28,813 bases of DNA from Methylophagaceae bacterium (GTDB taxonomy: Bacteria; Pseudomonadota; Gammaproteobacteria; Nitrosococcales; Methylophagaceae): positions 1 to 28,813 of the forward strand of contig JBLIIN010000001.1 in NCBI GenBank assembly GCA_047635075.1, in the 5' to 3' direction. Positions 17,132-26,932 of this stretch are shown piece by piece (the first letter of the stretch is position 1; each line of letters begins with the position of its first letter). The notes under the pieces were generated by a model, which was not told the origin of the DNA, ran no database searches, and worked only from the letters and a program-made list of their open reading frames with translations. The translations under genes were made by a program, and so were the position numbers.

Positions 17132-18955
17132 TTAGTCTTTTTTCGTTTCGCGTCGTTGGCTTGGACGTCTCGCTTTATCACGAGCGCGAGTCCTTGGCTT
17201 ACCTGAACGTCTTGGCTTTCGTGAGGGGTCACTGTCGCCTGCTTCCTTAGATGATTCAGGGGCATTGAAGTTCATTACACTGATTTCTAACTGTTTATTA
17301 CACACCCAGACTTTACGAAGCTGCTGAAATAAATCTTTTGGCATACCTTCTGGTAAATCAATTGTACTGTAATTATCTTGTAAGCTTATTCGTCCAATAT
17401 CTTTACTGGCGATACCCGCTTCATTGGCTATAGCACCGACTAGATTTTTGACCTCTGCCCCATGCTCACGACCGACTTCAACACGGTAAGTTTGCATGCC
17501 AGCCTCAGCCTCATGAATCGCTGAGCCAATGGTACGACGAGGTGATTTACTTTCTCGTTTTCCATTGCGGTCAGAACTGTTATTTCGTTCTTCGCGATCA
17601 GGTCGAGCAGGACGCGCTTCAACATGTTTAACCGGTTTAAGAGGTCGACTCTTTTGAACTAAGTAAGCCAAAGCGGCGGCTACTTCTAAAGGATCGGCTT
17701 CATGTTCTTGCTGATAGTCATTAATGACATTTTGGAAGAAAGTTAAGTCTTGTGATTCAATTATCTCACTCAACTGTTGATTAAATTGCATAACACGACG
17801 ATCTGCAATATCTTCAGAGCTAGGAAGTTGCATTTTAGTAATGGTTTGACGTGTGGCTTTTTCAATCGCGAATAACATGCGCTTTTCGCGAGGTGAAATA
17901 AATAAAATCGCTTCACCTTTACGACCCGCACGGCCAGTACGACCAATACGATGCACATATGACTCAGTGTCATAAGGCACATCGTAGTTAACTACGTGAC
18001 TGATGCGTTCAATATCTAAACCACGGGCAGCGACATCTGTCGCAACCAAAATATCCAGTTTGCCTTTTTTCATCCGGTCAACGGCTTTTTCACGTGCAGC
18101 TTGATTCATGTCACCATTAAGAGGAGAACTTGAGTAACCTCGTGCTTCCAGTTTTTCTGCAAGTTCAGCAGTCGCATTTTTTGTCCGAACGAAAACAATC
18201 ATGGCATCAAAATTTTCGACTTCTAGAATACGCGTTAACGCATCTAATTTGTGAGTGCCGGTAACTTGCCAGTACCGTTGGTTAATGGTGTCAACAGTTG
18301 ATGTTTTGGTTTCAATACGGATTTCAATCGGGTCTTTCAAATAGCGCTTGGCTACACGATGAATAGGCCCGGGCATGGTGGCAGAAAACAAAGCCACCTG
18401 ACGCTCGTCTGGGGTTTCTTTTAGAATAGTTTCTACATCATCAATAAAACCCATGCGAAGCATTTCATCTGCTTCATCAAGGACCAATGACTGGAGCTCA
18501 CCTAATTTTAAGGTGCCACGGCGTAGATGGTCTAAAACGCGGCCAGGTGTACCAACAATAACTTGTGGATTACGTTGTAATTGGCGTAATTGAATGCCCA
18601 TGCTTTGGCCGCCATAAATTGGTAAAACATGGAGGCCTTTCAAATGGCGGGCATAGCTCTGAATAGCTTCGGCGACTTGAATAGCAAGCTCACGAGTTGG
18701 CGCAAGTACCAACATTTGTGGCATTTTTGCTTTAACGTTAATACGGCTAAGTAAAGGCAGAGCAAATGCTGCTGTTTTACCAGTACCGGTTTGAGCTTGG
18801 CCTAATAAATCGCGGCCTGCTAGTAGTGGCGCGATACTTTTTGCTTGGATAGGAGAAGGGGTTTCATAACCGGCTTCTTGGACTGCTTTTAGGATCGGTG
18901 CAGCTAGCCCTAATTCAGAAAATAGGGGCGTAGATGAGGGTTGTTCTGTTGACAT
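17132..18955 (-). CDS. deaD: DEAD-box RNA helicase DeaD/CsdA with DbpA-type RNA-binding domain
   Basis: Q motif, AQTGTGKT, PTRELA, TPGR, DEAD, SAT and HRIGRTGR. C-terminal 'YRVEVG...GAIANEAGI...IGRI...STIDLP'. Confidence 0.95.
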   Translation of the reverse strand: MSTEQPSSTPLFSELGLAAPILKAVQEAGYETPSPIQAKSIAPLLAGRDLLGQAQTGTGKTAAFALPLLSRINVKAKMPQMLVLAPTRELAIQVAEAIQSYARHLKGLHVLPIYGGQSMGIQLRQLQRNPQVIVGTPGRVLDHLRRGTLKLGELQSLVLDEADEMLRMGFIDDVETILKETPDERQVALFSATMPGPIHRVAKRYLKDPIEIRIETKTSTVDTINQRYWQVTGTHKLDALTRILEVENFDAMIVFVRTKNATAELAEKLEARGYSSSPLNGDMNQAAREKAVDRMKKGKLDILVATDVAARGLDIERISHVVNYDVPYDTESYVHRIGRTGRAGRKGEAILFISPREKRMLFAIEKATRQTITKMQLPSSEDIADRRVMQFNQQLSEIIESQDLTFFQNVINDYQQEHEADPLEVAAALAYLVQKSRPLKPVKHVEARPARPDREERNNSSDRNGKRESKSPRRTIGSAIHEAEAGMQTYRVEVGREHGAEVKNLVGAIANEAGIASKDIGRISLQDNYSTIDLPEGMPKDLFQQLRKVWVCNKQLEISVMNFNAPESSKEAGDSDPSRKPRRSGKPRTRARDKARRPSQRRETKKD

Positions 18956-19262
18956 TGATAAACCTGTGAAAGTCAGTTCTGTAGTCTAAACTGATGAAGA
19001 GAGAAAACTTGAGAGCTAATCATACGCGAGTACGTCAATAAAATATAGTTAAATCAGTCTGTTATTATCGAGTGATACGTTCTTATATTAATAGTTAGTG
19101 ACATCTACTTAGCAAGTGGCGAAGAATTAGTGTGTTTCAGGGGGGTAAACGTCAGGTTGTGCTGTTTTTTTAAAGGAATGGTTCAGAGAAAACCTTTTCC
19201 ATCAGAGTCCTTAGTAGGTATCCCAACATAAACGACGTCAGTTCGGGGTTGTGATGGCGTCG

Positions 19263-19826
19263 CTATTTAATGATTTTGGAAAATTTAGAGCCTTCAAGGG
19301 TTAAATTAACCATTAAGCCTTTGTTACTAAAGACAAAACCGACAATTGGGTCATTAATGTCAATCGTGTTTATATTTTCGCCAGTGCCCCATTCAATAAA
19401 GGCAATGGAACCATCAACTCCGACTTTCCAGCCGTCGAATCTTTGAAATTTAATAAGGGCTTCATTAGTTAAAAAAACCAGTACAATAGATCTTGATTGC
19501 GCACCCGCTTGTAGACCAATTGAGGCTGCAGCTGTATTGTAGTAAGCGCGAGTTTCACCATCGATAACGAGTGCACCCTCACCGTACTCTCCGCCAATCC
19601 AGAATCCGGCTTTTAAAACTTTGGGAAAGACTAAAACGCCTTTGGCTTCTTTCAAAAAGGCACTACCCCCTGGCACATCTTGTCGAAAACGCTTTAATGT
19701 TTCGTTAACACCAATGTTAATTTCAGTAGCAGCAGCAGCAGAGCTTATGGAGGGTAAAAAAGCCGACACAAAAGCGAGAAGACTAAATAAAATGATGAAA
19801 TATGAACGCCGACGTTGGTTTGGCAT
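19263..19826 (-). CDS. SYLF/YSC84-like lipid-binding domain protein, exported
   Basis: 'GVLVFPKVLKAGFWIGGEYGEG', 'SIGLQAGAQ' and 'WKVGVDGSIA'. N-terminal RRR followed by a hydrophobic signal (possibly Tat). Confidence 0.85.
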   Translation of the reverse strand: MPNQRRRSYFIILFSLLAFVSAFLPSISSAAAATEINIGVNETLKRFRQDVPGGSAFLKEAKGVLVFPKVLKAGFWIGGEYGEGALVIDGETRAYYNTAAASIGLQAGAQSRSIVLVFLTNEALIKFQRFDGWKVGVDGSIAFIEWGTGENINTIDINDPIVGFVFSNKGLMVNLTLEGSKFSKIIK

Positions 19827-19936
19827 ATTTACGATGACCAGATTTAGTTAATTAAAGTGTTAAAGTAACATGGAATTAAAGACGGATAAAGCGTCACAGC
19901 GGCCTTCATATGGTGGGGCATGATGATAAACACGGT

Positions 19937-21532
19937 TTAGTTGATGTTTTGACTGGTGAGGTATTCGTCATAATCTCCCCTAAAATCTACAATACCTGTT
20001 TCTGTCATATCAAAGACACGCGTTGCAAGAGATGACACAAATTCACGGTCATGACTGACAAAGAACAAAGTGCCTTCATATTGTCCTAGCGCCATATTCA
20101 ACGATTCAATCGATTCCATATCCATGTGGTTAGTGGGTTCGTCCATAATGAGGATGTTCGGTTTTTGTAGCAGTAGTTTACCGAACATCATTCTGCCTTT
20201 TTCACCACCAGAGAGCACTTTTGCTTTTTTATCAATCATGGTGCCAGAAAACAGCAAGCGGCCTAATGTGGCTCGAATTACCTGTTCATCATCTGAGGGT
20301 TTTCCCCACTGTTGCATCCATTCAAATAAGCTTAAATTATTGTCAAAGTAATGTTCATGGTCTTGAGCGTAATAACCAATACTGGCATTCTCAGACCATT
20401 TCACTTCGCCTTTGGTAGGAGCCATTTCCTTAGCTAGGGTTTTAACAAAAGTAGATTTTCCAATCCCGTTAGGGCCAATAATAGCCACACGTTCTCCCAC
20501 TTCAGCCATGAATTTAAAGCCGTCAAATAAGGCCGGTTCGTCATCGTAACCTTGACTGATACTATTCACTTCAAGTGCATTTCGGAACAATTTTTTACCT
20601 TGTTCAAACTGAATGAAAGGATTAACACGACTAGAGGGCTTAATGTCATCTAATTGGATTTTGTCTATTTGTTTGGCACGTGATGTGGCTTGTTTTGCTT
20701 TGGAAGCATTTGCTGAGAAGCGACGCACAAAGTCTTGTAGTTCAACAATCTGGGCTTTCTTTTTCGCATTATCAGAAATTTGTTGTGCCCGTGCTTGAAC
20801 GGAAGCCAACATGTATTCATCGTAAGTGCCCGGGTAAATACGTAATTCACCAAAATCCATATCAGCCATGTGAGTACAAACACTATTTAAGAAATGACGA
20901 TCATGAGAAATAATCACCATGGTGCCATTACGCTGGTTAATAATATCTTCTAGCCATCGAATCGTATTGATGTCCAGATGGTTAGTTGGCTCATCAAGTA
21001 GAAAAATGTCTGGTTCTGCAAATAACACTTGCGTGAGCAGAATACGAAGTTTCCAACCCGGGGCGATTTCGCTCATTGGGCTGTAATGTTGCTCTGTTGG
21101 AATCCCAACCCCCAACAATAATTCCCCAGCACGAGATTCAGCAGTATAGCCATTCATTTCAGCATATTGACCTTCAAGTTCAGCTACTTTTAGGCCATCT
21201 TGTTCTGACATCTCAGGCAAGTTGTAGATACGATCTCGTTCGCGGTGTACTTCCCATAATTCAGCGTTACCCATGATAACAACATCAATAACACGTTGAT
21301 CTTCATAAGCGAACTGATCTTGTTGCAAGACTGCGAAAGTTTCATTAACGTCAATGCTTACATTACCTGAAGTCGGCTCTAGCTGACCGGAGATAATTTT
21401 CATGAAAGTCGACTTGCCACACCCATTGGCCCCGATAAGGCCGTAGCGATTTCCTTCGCCAAACTTGACTGAAACGTTTTCAAATAGGGGCTTAGCACCA
21501 AATTGCATGGTGATGTTTGCAGTAGTTAGCAA
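19937..21532 (-). CDS. ybiT: ABC-F family ATP-binding protein YbiT
   Basis: N-terminus '[42 protein letters not shown]' is YbiT-like. Two NBDs ([20 protein letters not shown]) and no TM segments. TTG start with AGGA RBS. Confidence 0.92.
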   Translation of the reverse strand: MLTTANITMQFGAKPLFENVSVKFGEGNRYGLIGANGCGKSTFMKIISGQLEPTSGNVSIDVNETFAVLQQDQFAYEDQRVIDVVIMGNAELWEVHRERDRIYNLPEMSEQDGLKVAELEGQYAEMNGYTAESRAGELLLGVGIPTEQHYSPMSEIAPGWKLRILLTQVLFAEPDIFLLDEPTNHLDINTIRWLEDIINQRNGTMVIISHDRHFLNSVCTHMADMDFGELRIYPGTYDEYMLASVQARAQQISDNAKKKAQIVELQDFVRRFSANASKAKQATSRAKQIDKIQLDDIKPSSRVNPFIQFEQGKKLFRNALEVNSISQGYDDEPALFDGFKFMAEVGERVAIIGPNGIGKSTFVKTLAKEMAPTKGEVKWSENASIGYYAQDHEHYFDNNLSLFEWMQQWGKPSDDEQVIRATLGRLLFSGTMIDKKAKVLSGGEKGRMMFGKLLLQKPNILIMDEPTNHMDMESIESLNMALGQYEGTLFFVSHDREFVSSLATRVFDMTETGIVDFRGDYDEYLTSQNIN

Positions 21533-21584
21533 GGCAGGTTTCCTGTGGTTGTGACGCGATTAACGCTGTCTAGGTTAACCGGTC

Positions 21585-21614
21585 ATTATACATGGTATTA
21601 CTGTTGTTTGATAA
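21585..21614 (-). promoter_or_regulatory. Putative sigma70 promoter for ybiT
   Basis: On the minus strand: TTATCA (21614-21609), 18-nt spacer, perfect TATAAT (21590-21585). Confidence 0.4.
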
Positions 21615-21861
21615 GGAGTTTTTTCGCTTTGCGAGAAAGTTTTTTAATGACTGCTTCCCGTTTGGATGCGCTGCTGCGGTCTGAGTGGGATTCTTGATAC
21701 ACCATTTTTTTTGCTGGACTGGTGTTAAAAAATCGGGCGCCAGCTTTTTTGTGTTGATGTTCTGAAAATCGTCGAACTACGTCAGTGGTGATACCTGTGT
21801 AATAGTAACCGTTTTCAGCTTCAACAATATAAACAAACCAATCACTTTCCGAACGGGTCAT
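21598..21861 (-). CDS. GIY-YIG nuclease family protein (UPF0213/YhbQ-like)
   Basis: 'WFVYIV...YYTGITTDVVRRFSEH...GARF...SASKREAVIKKL'. Confidence 0.92.
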   Translation of the reverse strand: MTRSESDWFVYIVEAENGYYYTGITTDVVRRFSEHQHKKAGARFFNTSPAKKMVYQESHSDRSSASKREAVIKKLSRKAKKLLIKQQ

Positions 21862-22257
21862 TTACGATTTTTTATCAAAATCAATCGCAGCTGAATTAAT
21901 ACAATAACGCATACCTGTCTGTGTTGGGCCATCGTTAAACAGATGCCCCAAGTGAGCATCACATTCTGGGCATCTCACTTCTACGCGTCGCATGCCATGG
22001 CTGTCGTCAAAGACTTCAGTAATGCTATTGGCAATGAGTTGATCAGAAAAGCTGGGCCAGCCGCAACCTGAGTCAAACTTAGAACTTGATGAAAAAAGGG
22101 CGTGTTGGCAACAAATGCAGCGGTAGCCTCCTTCATCATGATGGTCAACGTAAATGCCAGAAAAGGCTGGCTCGGTTCCAGATTGGCGTGTGACTCTATA
22201 TTCTTCGGCAGAGAGTTGCTCGCGCCATTGCGCATCAGTTTTTATAATTGAAGCCAT
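21862..22257 (-). CDS. msrB: Peptide-methionine (R)-S-oxide reductase MsrB
   Basis: GTEPAF, KFDSGCGWPSF, HLGHLF.DGP, catalytic RYCINS and two Zn-binding CxxC pairs. Confidence 0.97.
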   Translation of the reverse strand: MASIIKTDAQWREQLSAEEYRVTRQSGTEPAFSGIYVDHHDEGGYRCICCQHALFSSSSKFDSGCGWPSFSDQLIANSITEVFDDSHGMRRVEVRCPECDAHLGHLFNDGPTQTGMRYCINSAAIDFDKKS

Positions 22258-22340
22258 AACGTAAAACCCAATAAGATAGTGACAGCTATAGTAACGTATT
22301 TTTTAAAGATATAGCCCATAAATACCTTTCCAATGTAAGG

Positions 22341-22781
22341 TCAGTTAGGCCTGTTCAAGCTGATTTTTCTATAAACTGTTTTAGCGAGCCGTTGTCAATG
22401 CGCCAGCCGATCATATTGGTTTTTTTGGATTAAATAGTTTTTTAGATGGTTGATGTCATCACATTTATGATCAATAGAACCAATGACTAAGCGGGAATCA
22501 TCATTTGCAATATTAGCCAATTTACTATGCTGCGTTAGTGTAAATGGACAATTGCCAGTCACAGTGATTAAAGCCAATAGTGAGGTAAATGCTGTAACCC
22601 TTTAGATCTTCAATTGAGGAATAATATTAAAACCGTGCTAAGGACAACAGGGCTTGTGACAAATTTATCACGCTTCAAACCGTAGTGACTACTCCACACA
22701 TTACTGCCAAAAAAAGCCCATGAAAGCGCAAGTAATAGCAACAAAAAAAGTGATTAAGATGTTGATTGTTTTTCTACTCAT
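22341..22781 (-). pseudogene. SCO (Sco1/SenC/PrrC) family copper-chaperone-like pseudogene
   Basis: Manual re-joining from ATG 22781 through three frameshifts gives an N-terminal TM anchor, then 'EDLKGYSIYLTIGFNHC/TGNCPFTL' (CxxxCP) and 'IGSIDHKCDDINHLKNYL'. TGA at 22395-22397. The 3' end is uncertain. Confidence 0.55.
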
Positions 22782-22993
22782 AATTTATCTATTGTAGTCT
22801 TCAACGATTAAGCTATAAGAATCACTCTATACTCAAGAATAATAAGGCCACGGTAAAATACCCAACTAGCCCCGTCGGCAACATAATTGTTTGCCCTCAA
22901 CGCAAGCCATTAGATGTTAAATGTTCATGATAATAAATCTCGGGGGTTATAGTAGAGGACTGGCCAGCGTAGTTTTTTAGACAAATCACACTT

Positions 22994-23708
22994 ATGATGA
23001 CAATTGATGTGGAAAAGACGAGAAAGTTAATTAATTGTGATCTTGATGAATGTTTAGAAACTGACCCGGATGGCCAAATCATGCCATTGATTAATCAAGC
23101 GAGTATCGCCAGCGGGGGCCACGCGGGCGATAATGACAGCATGGAGAAAACAGTTAAGTTAGCTAAACAACATTGTGTCAGCATCGGCGCCCATCCAAGT
23201 TACCCTGACAAGTTAGGCTTTGGTCAGCTTAGCCACGCCTTTGGCCGCATTATTTGATAATATTTTGCTCCAAATAGATGCCTTGGAGCTGATTTGTCTG
23301 CGACATGAAGTACAAATAGAGTATATCAAGCCACATGGGGCCTTATATCACGACATGATGCAGCGCGAAGACATTGCAACATTACTATGTGATGTGATTA
23401 AAACAAGAAAGTATCAACTCACGTTAATCGTGCAAGCGGGTGTTAACACCAAAAAAATAACGGCAATTGCAAGGAGCAAAGGAGTACCTCTCCAGCTTGA
23501 AGCATTTGCCGATAGAAAATACCGCGGTATTCAATTAATACCACGCTCAGAAACGGGTTCAATATTAGCAACGCCACAACAGATTCAAACTCAGTACCAG
23601 CAGTTAAGTGAATCAAGCTCTTTTCAAGTTGACACTATTTGCTTTTATTCAGATCATTCGCCATCAGTAATAGCTCTAAAAAAGATAGCGGCAACAGGGG
23701 CGTGCTAG
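22994..23708 (+). pseudogene. pxpA: 5-oxoprolinase subunit PxpA (LamB/YcsF) pseudogene
   Basis: NCDL, GGHAGD and GAHPSYPD..GFG in one frame, then KPHGALY, EAFADR.Y and DTIC in another. Frameshift near 23222-23226. Confidence 0.9.
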
Positions 23709-24395
23709 AGATTAAAATTGCTGGTGAAAACGCCATCATTATTTACCTAAATTTACCTAAATGGCCAGGTTTCTGAGAGTTCGGTTAATGAGACCGCTTT
23801 TTTTACAGCTTTATTAAAACAAGAATTAGCTGACTACATAATAGATATAGTGCCTTCCTACACGAGCATAATGCTGACTTATCGATTGAATAAGATTGAT
23901 TATGTGAGTTTGTGCGAAGGGGTAACTACATTAATTAACACCAACACCATGATGATTAAAATGAATCAAGACAAGTTGGTTGATATCCCTGTTTTATATG
24001 ATGCTGATGTGGGCTTAGATCTGAGCGGTTACTTATACGAAAAGGCGCTGAACCTAGATGAATTGATCGAATTACACACTCAGCGTGATTATCTGGTTTA
24101 TGCCCTCGGGTTTAGCCCTGCTTTTGCTTTTTTAAGCACTGTAAATTGGCGATTAGTGACATCTCGCTTGGCAACGCCAAGAATACAAGTGCCGGCTGGT
24201 AGCGTTGGCATTGCCGACAATCAAACCGCTGTTTATCCGATCGCTTCTTCAGGTGGCTGGAAGATCATTGGGCGAACACCTTTAGATTTATCATTGGCTA
24301 ATCCGGAGAATATTAACCTATTTAAATTGGGGGACACCATCCGTTTTCGCTCGATTGAACTGGCTGAATATTTGGCCCTAGGTGGCCAGAGATGA
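23702..24395 (+). pseudogene. pxpB: 5-oxoprolinase subunit PxpB pseudogene (10-bp tandem duplication)
   Basis: GTG 23702 gives MLEIKIAGENAIIIYL. ATTTACCTAA is duplicated at 23741-23760, causing TGA at 23774-23776. Removing one copy restores the frame through VPSYTS, LGFSP, VPAGSVGIA and GGWKIIGRTP. Confidence 0.92.
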
Positions 24396-25307
24396 GTTTT
24401 AGAATTATCAAATCTGGCTTTTTGGCCACCATACAAGATGCCGGGCGTTATGGTTATGCCAAGAGTGGCTTGAGCCAGTCAGGAGTGGCTGACGAACAGG
24501 CTTATCATTGGGCCAATCATTTATTAGGTAATCATTTAATGATGTGGCAGTTGAGGTCACCCTAGGTCAATGTGAGTAGCAAGCATTAGATGATATGGAA
24601 ATGATAATAACCGGTGCTGAATTGGGTTTTTATATTGACGATCAGCGAGTAAGGCTGTGGCAAACCATGTTGATAAAAAGGGCGAGGTATTAAAGTGTCA
24701 AACGGCTGCTCAAGGGACTGGAAGTCGCTCAATCATAGCGGTTAAAGCAGGATTTCAAACCGCACTTCAATTTGGTTCACGCAGTGTTAATTTACCGGAG
24801 CAGATAGGCGAGGCATTACAAAATGGATCTGATTTAAAGACACAACCGTTGATATCGAGGATGGTGAAGCAAAAAGCGATACCTTACTATTTTAAGCTAA
24901 ATTATCAGCAACCCTTGATTTTAAGATTGATACCGAGTTATCAATATGAAGTCTTCACAAAAAGTCAAATATCGGTCTTATTAAACCAACAATATTTGAT
25001 CAACTCGGCTTCGGATCGCACCGGGTGCCGGCTTCACGGCCAAGCAATTCAACATGTACCCGCCACCATGGTATCCGAGGGAATCGCTTATGGTAGCGTC
25101 GAAGTCACAACGGATGGTCAACCGATTATTTTGTTAAAAGATCGGCCCACAATTGGCGGCTACCCCAAGCTAGGAACGGTGTTATCGCTCGACTTATCTA
25201 AATTGGCTCAGAGGCATGCAGGCCAGTCAGTTAAGTTCGAATTAACGACATTGGAACAGGCGCAATTAGAGCGCAAAAAATTTAATCGATTTTTTAATAT
25301 AAGCTGA
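24392..25307 (+). pseudogene. pxpC: 5-oxoprolinase subunit PxpC pseudogene
   Basis: ATG 24392 (ATGA overlap with pxpB) gives TIQDAGRYG...ANHLLGN. Then a -1 frameshift near 24536, TAG at 24577-24579 and a -1 frameshift near 24665. The last part has SDRTGCRL, SEGI..G.V and GQPIILLKDRPTIGGYPK. Confidence 0.92.
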
Positions 25308-26657
25308 TTAAAGTGAGGCTAAAACGGTTTTCTTAACAGTCTTACGCATATGTTGAAACTGTAATGTTACTGTTAGCCAGCTGGCGATAGCGATAGACCA
25401 CCAAATACCGAAAATATCAGTGTCCAAAAGTATCAGGGCAACGGCAATAAACAATGAAGGCAAGATGAGTTGCCTAACCAAGTTAAAGTACATCGGTACT
25501 ACGGCTTGTTTCATACCCTGTAAAACGGCACTAGAAACAAAAGATAGAACATAAGCGGGTAAGATTAAGGCTTCGACACGCAAGTACCCAACACCGATTT
25601 CAATCACATTGGAATCATCTGTAAATAAAGCAATTAATGGTCTAGCAAAGGCAAACACTAAAATTCCGCCAAAAACCATCATAATCGTGCCAATTCTAAT
25701 GGAGTCAACGGCGACTTTTTCCATCCGCTCAAACTTTTTGGCCCCAAAGTTGACACTCACCAGAGATAAAACAGCAATATTAATACCGACGGTAGGCAAC
25801 AACACTAATTGTTCAATTCTTAAGGCAATTCCTAATCCAGCAACGGCATCCTCACCAAATCGAGAGACAGCAGCAGTGACAATGATTGAACCCAAAGCAA
25901 TCAGAAACATATTAGTGCTGGCGGGTAAGGACTGATTAATTAGAGCACGGTATTGAACTAGGTTTGGTGATAGGTTATGTGAACTTAAGCAAGCAGCTAA
26001 CTGACTCTGGCTAACTTTTTTCGTTAGGTAAATAGCACTGCCTAATTGTGTTGTCGCAGTCGCCGCAGCTAAACCATAAACTCCCCAACCAAACGTAAAC
26101 ATAAATAAAGGGTCGAGTAGGATATTAGCAAAAAATGCCACAATTAAGCTATTTCGAAAGCTTGTCGTGTCGCCCAATGAATTCAAAATACCATTAGCAG
26201 CCATGGCATGAGCTGACAGAGCCAAGGTGGGTAAAATAATTGATAAGTAACTGACAGCATCATTGACATAAGCGCCTTCAGCACCCATGACCGAAAATAG
26301 GTCAGTGACAAAAAACAACACCGTTAGCCCTATCAATATTGCCGTTAACCAAGCAAAAGAAAGGGCTCTGCCAGCGATTTCTTCAGCTAAGTCTTGTCGT
26401 CCCTCACCACGCGAATTGCCGACAAGGGCATTGGTGCCTTGGCCAATACCAATCGATACAGCAATGCCCATAAAATAAATTGGTGCCGCTAATGAAAGAC
26501 CCGCTAAAGCAGTTGATGACAATAGACCAGCATAGTAGTTATCGACGATGTAATACATCGTATTAAAAAACATGCCGATACTGGCGGGTATCGCAATTTT
26601 TTTAAGTAAATGGGGGAGAGGGTCTTTCGTGAGATCCAAATTTTTAACCCATATCAC
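25308..26657 (-). CDS. MATE family efflux transporter
   Basis: About 12 TM segments. 'IAIPASIG...VD...G', 'NILLDPLFMF..GWGVYGLAAAT' and 'G.ALRIEQL' are MATE patterns. Exact start uncertain. Confidence 0.92.
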   Translation of the reverse strand: MIWVKNLDLTKDPLPHLLKKIAIPASIGMFFNTMYYIVDNYYAGLLSSTALAGLSLAAPIYFMGIAVSIGIGQGTNALVGNSRGEGRQDLAEEIAGRALSFAWLTAILIGLTVLFFVTDLFSVMGAEGAYVNDAVSYLSIILPTLALSAHAMAANGILNSLGDTTSFRNSLIVAFFANILLDPLFMFTFGWGVYGLAAATATTQLGSAIYLTKKVSQSQLAACLSSHNLSPNLVQYRALINQSLPASTNMFLIALGSIIVTAAVSRFGEDAVAGLGIALRIEQLVLLPTVGINIAVLSLVSVNFGAKKFERMEKVAVDSIRIGTIMMVFGGILVFAFARPLIALFTDDSNVIEIGVGYLRVEALILPAYVLSFVSSAVLQGMKQAVVPMYFNLVRQLILPSLFIAVALILLDTDIFGIWWSIAIASWLTVTLQFQHMRKTVKKTVLASL

Positions 26658-26889
26658 AGGAAGTCGATGACAAAGTATAACGTGGTTTTAATATTAAAAT
26701 CGGGGTGGACTGGATGAGGCAAAGAGCCGAGTTTGATTGTGTGGCGTTACCGGTGCAAAGTACGACTTGAAACGAGAAGGTAAAGTGACTAATTAAATAT
26801 TGGAAGGGCAACAAAATTTAGCGTCGTAATATAAGAAACCGTGCTCAAGCAGTGCTAGTGGATTTAGCACGGGTCTCTGAGTATTGTTC

Positions 26890-26912
26890 AAAATAAAAGG
26901 GGTAGGCCCTTT
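26890..26912 (-). terminator. Possible terminator downstream of the SOUL gene
   Basis: On the minus strand: AAAGGG-CCTAC-CCCTTT followed by TATTTT, 20 nt past the stop codon. Short stem. Confidence 0.4.
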
Positions 26913-26932
26913 GGCACACTATCAGATTCAGA

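Noticed and set aside
22994-25307. Programmed frameshifting or pure sequencing error as the explanation for pxpABC
   Set aside because: There are multiple heterogeneous lesions including an in-frame TAG, a 10-bp duplication and motif substitutions, no consistent slippery site, and neighbouring long genes are error-free. Reads would still be needed for certainty.
17440-26478. Further shadow ORFs within deaD, SYLF, ybiT, msrB, pxpA/B and MATE, and 27271-27468 within SOUL
   Set aside because: They are antisense or out of frame to strong genes, with no independent evidence.
26660-26930. Known riboswitch upstream of the MATE gene
   Set aside because: No FMN, SAM, TPP, c-di-GMP, fluoride or guanidine consensus was recognisable by eye.
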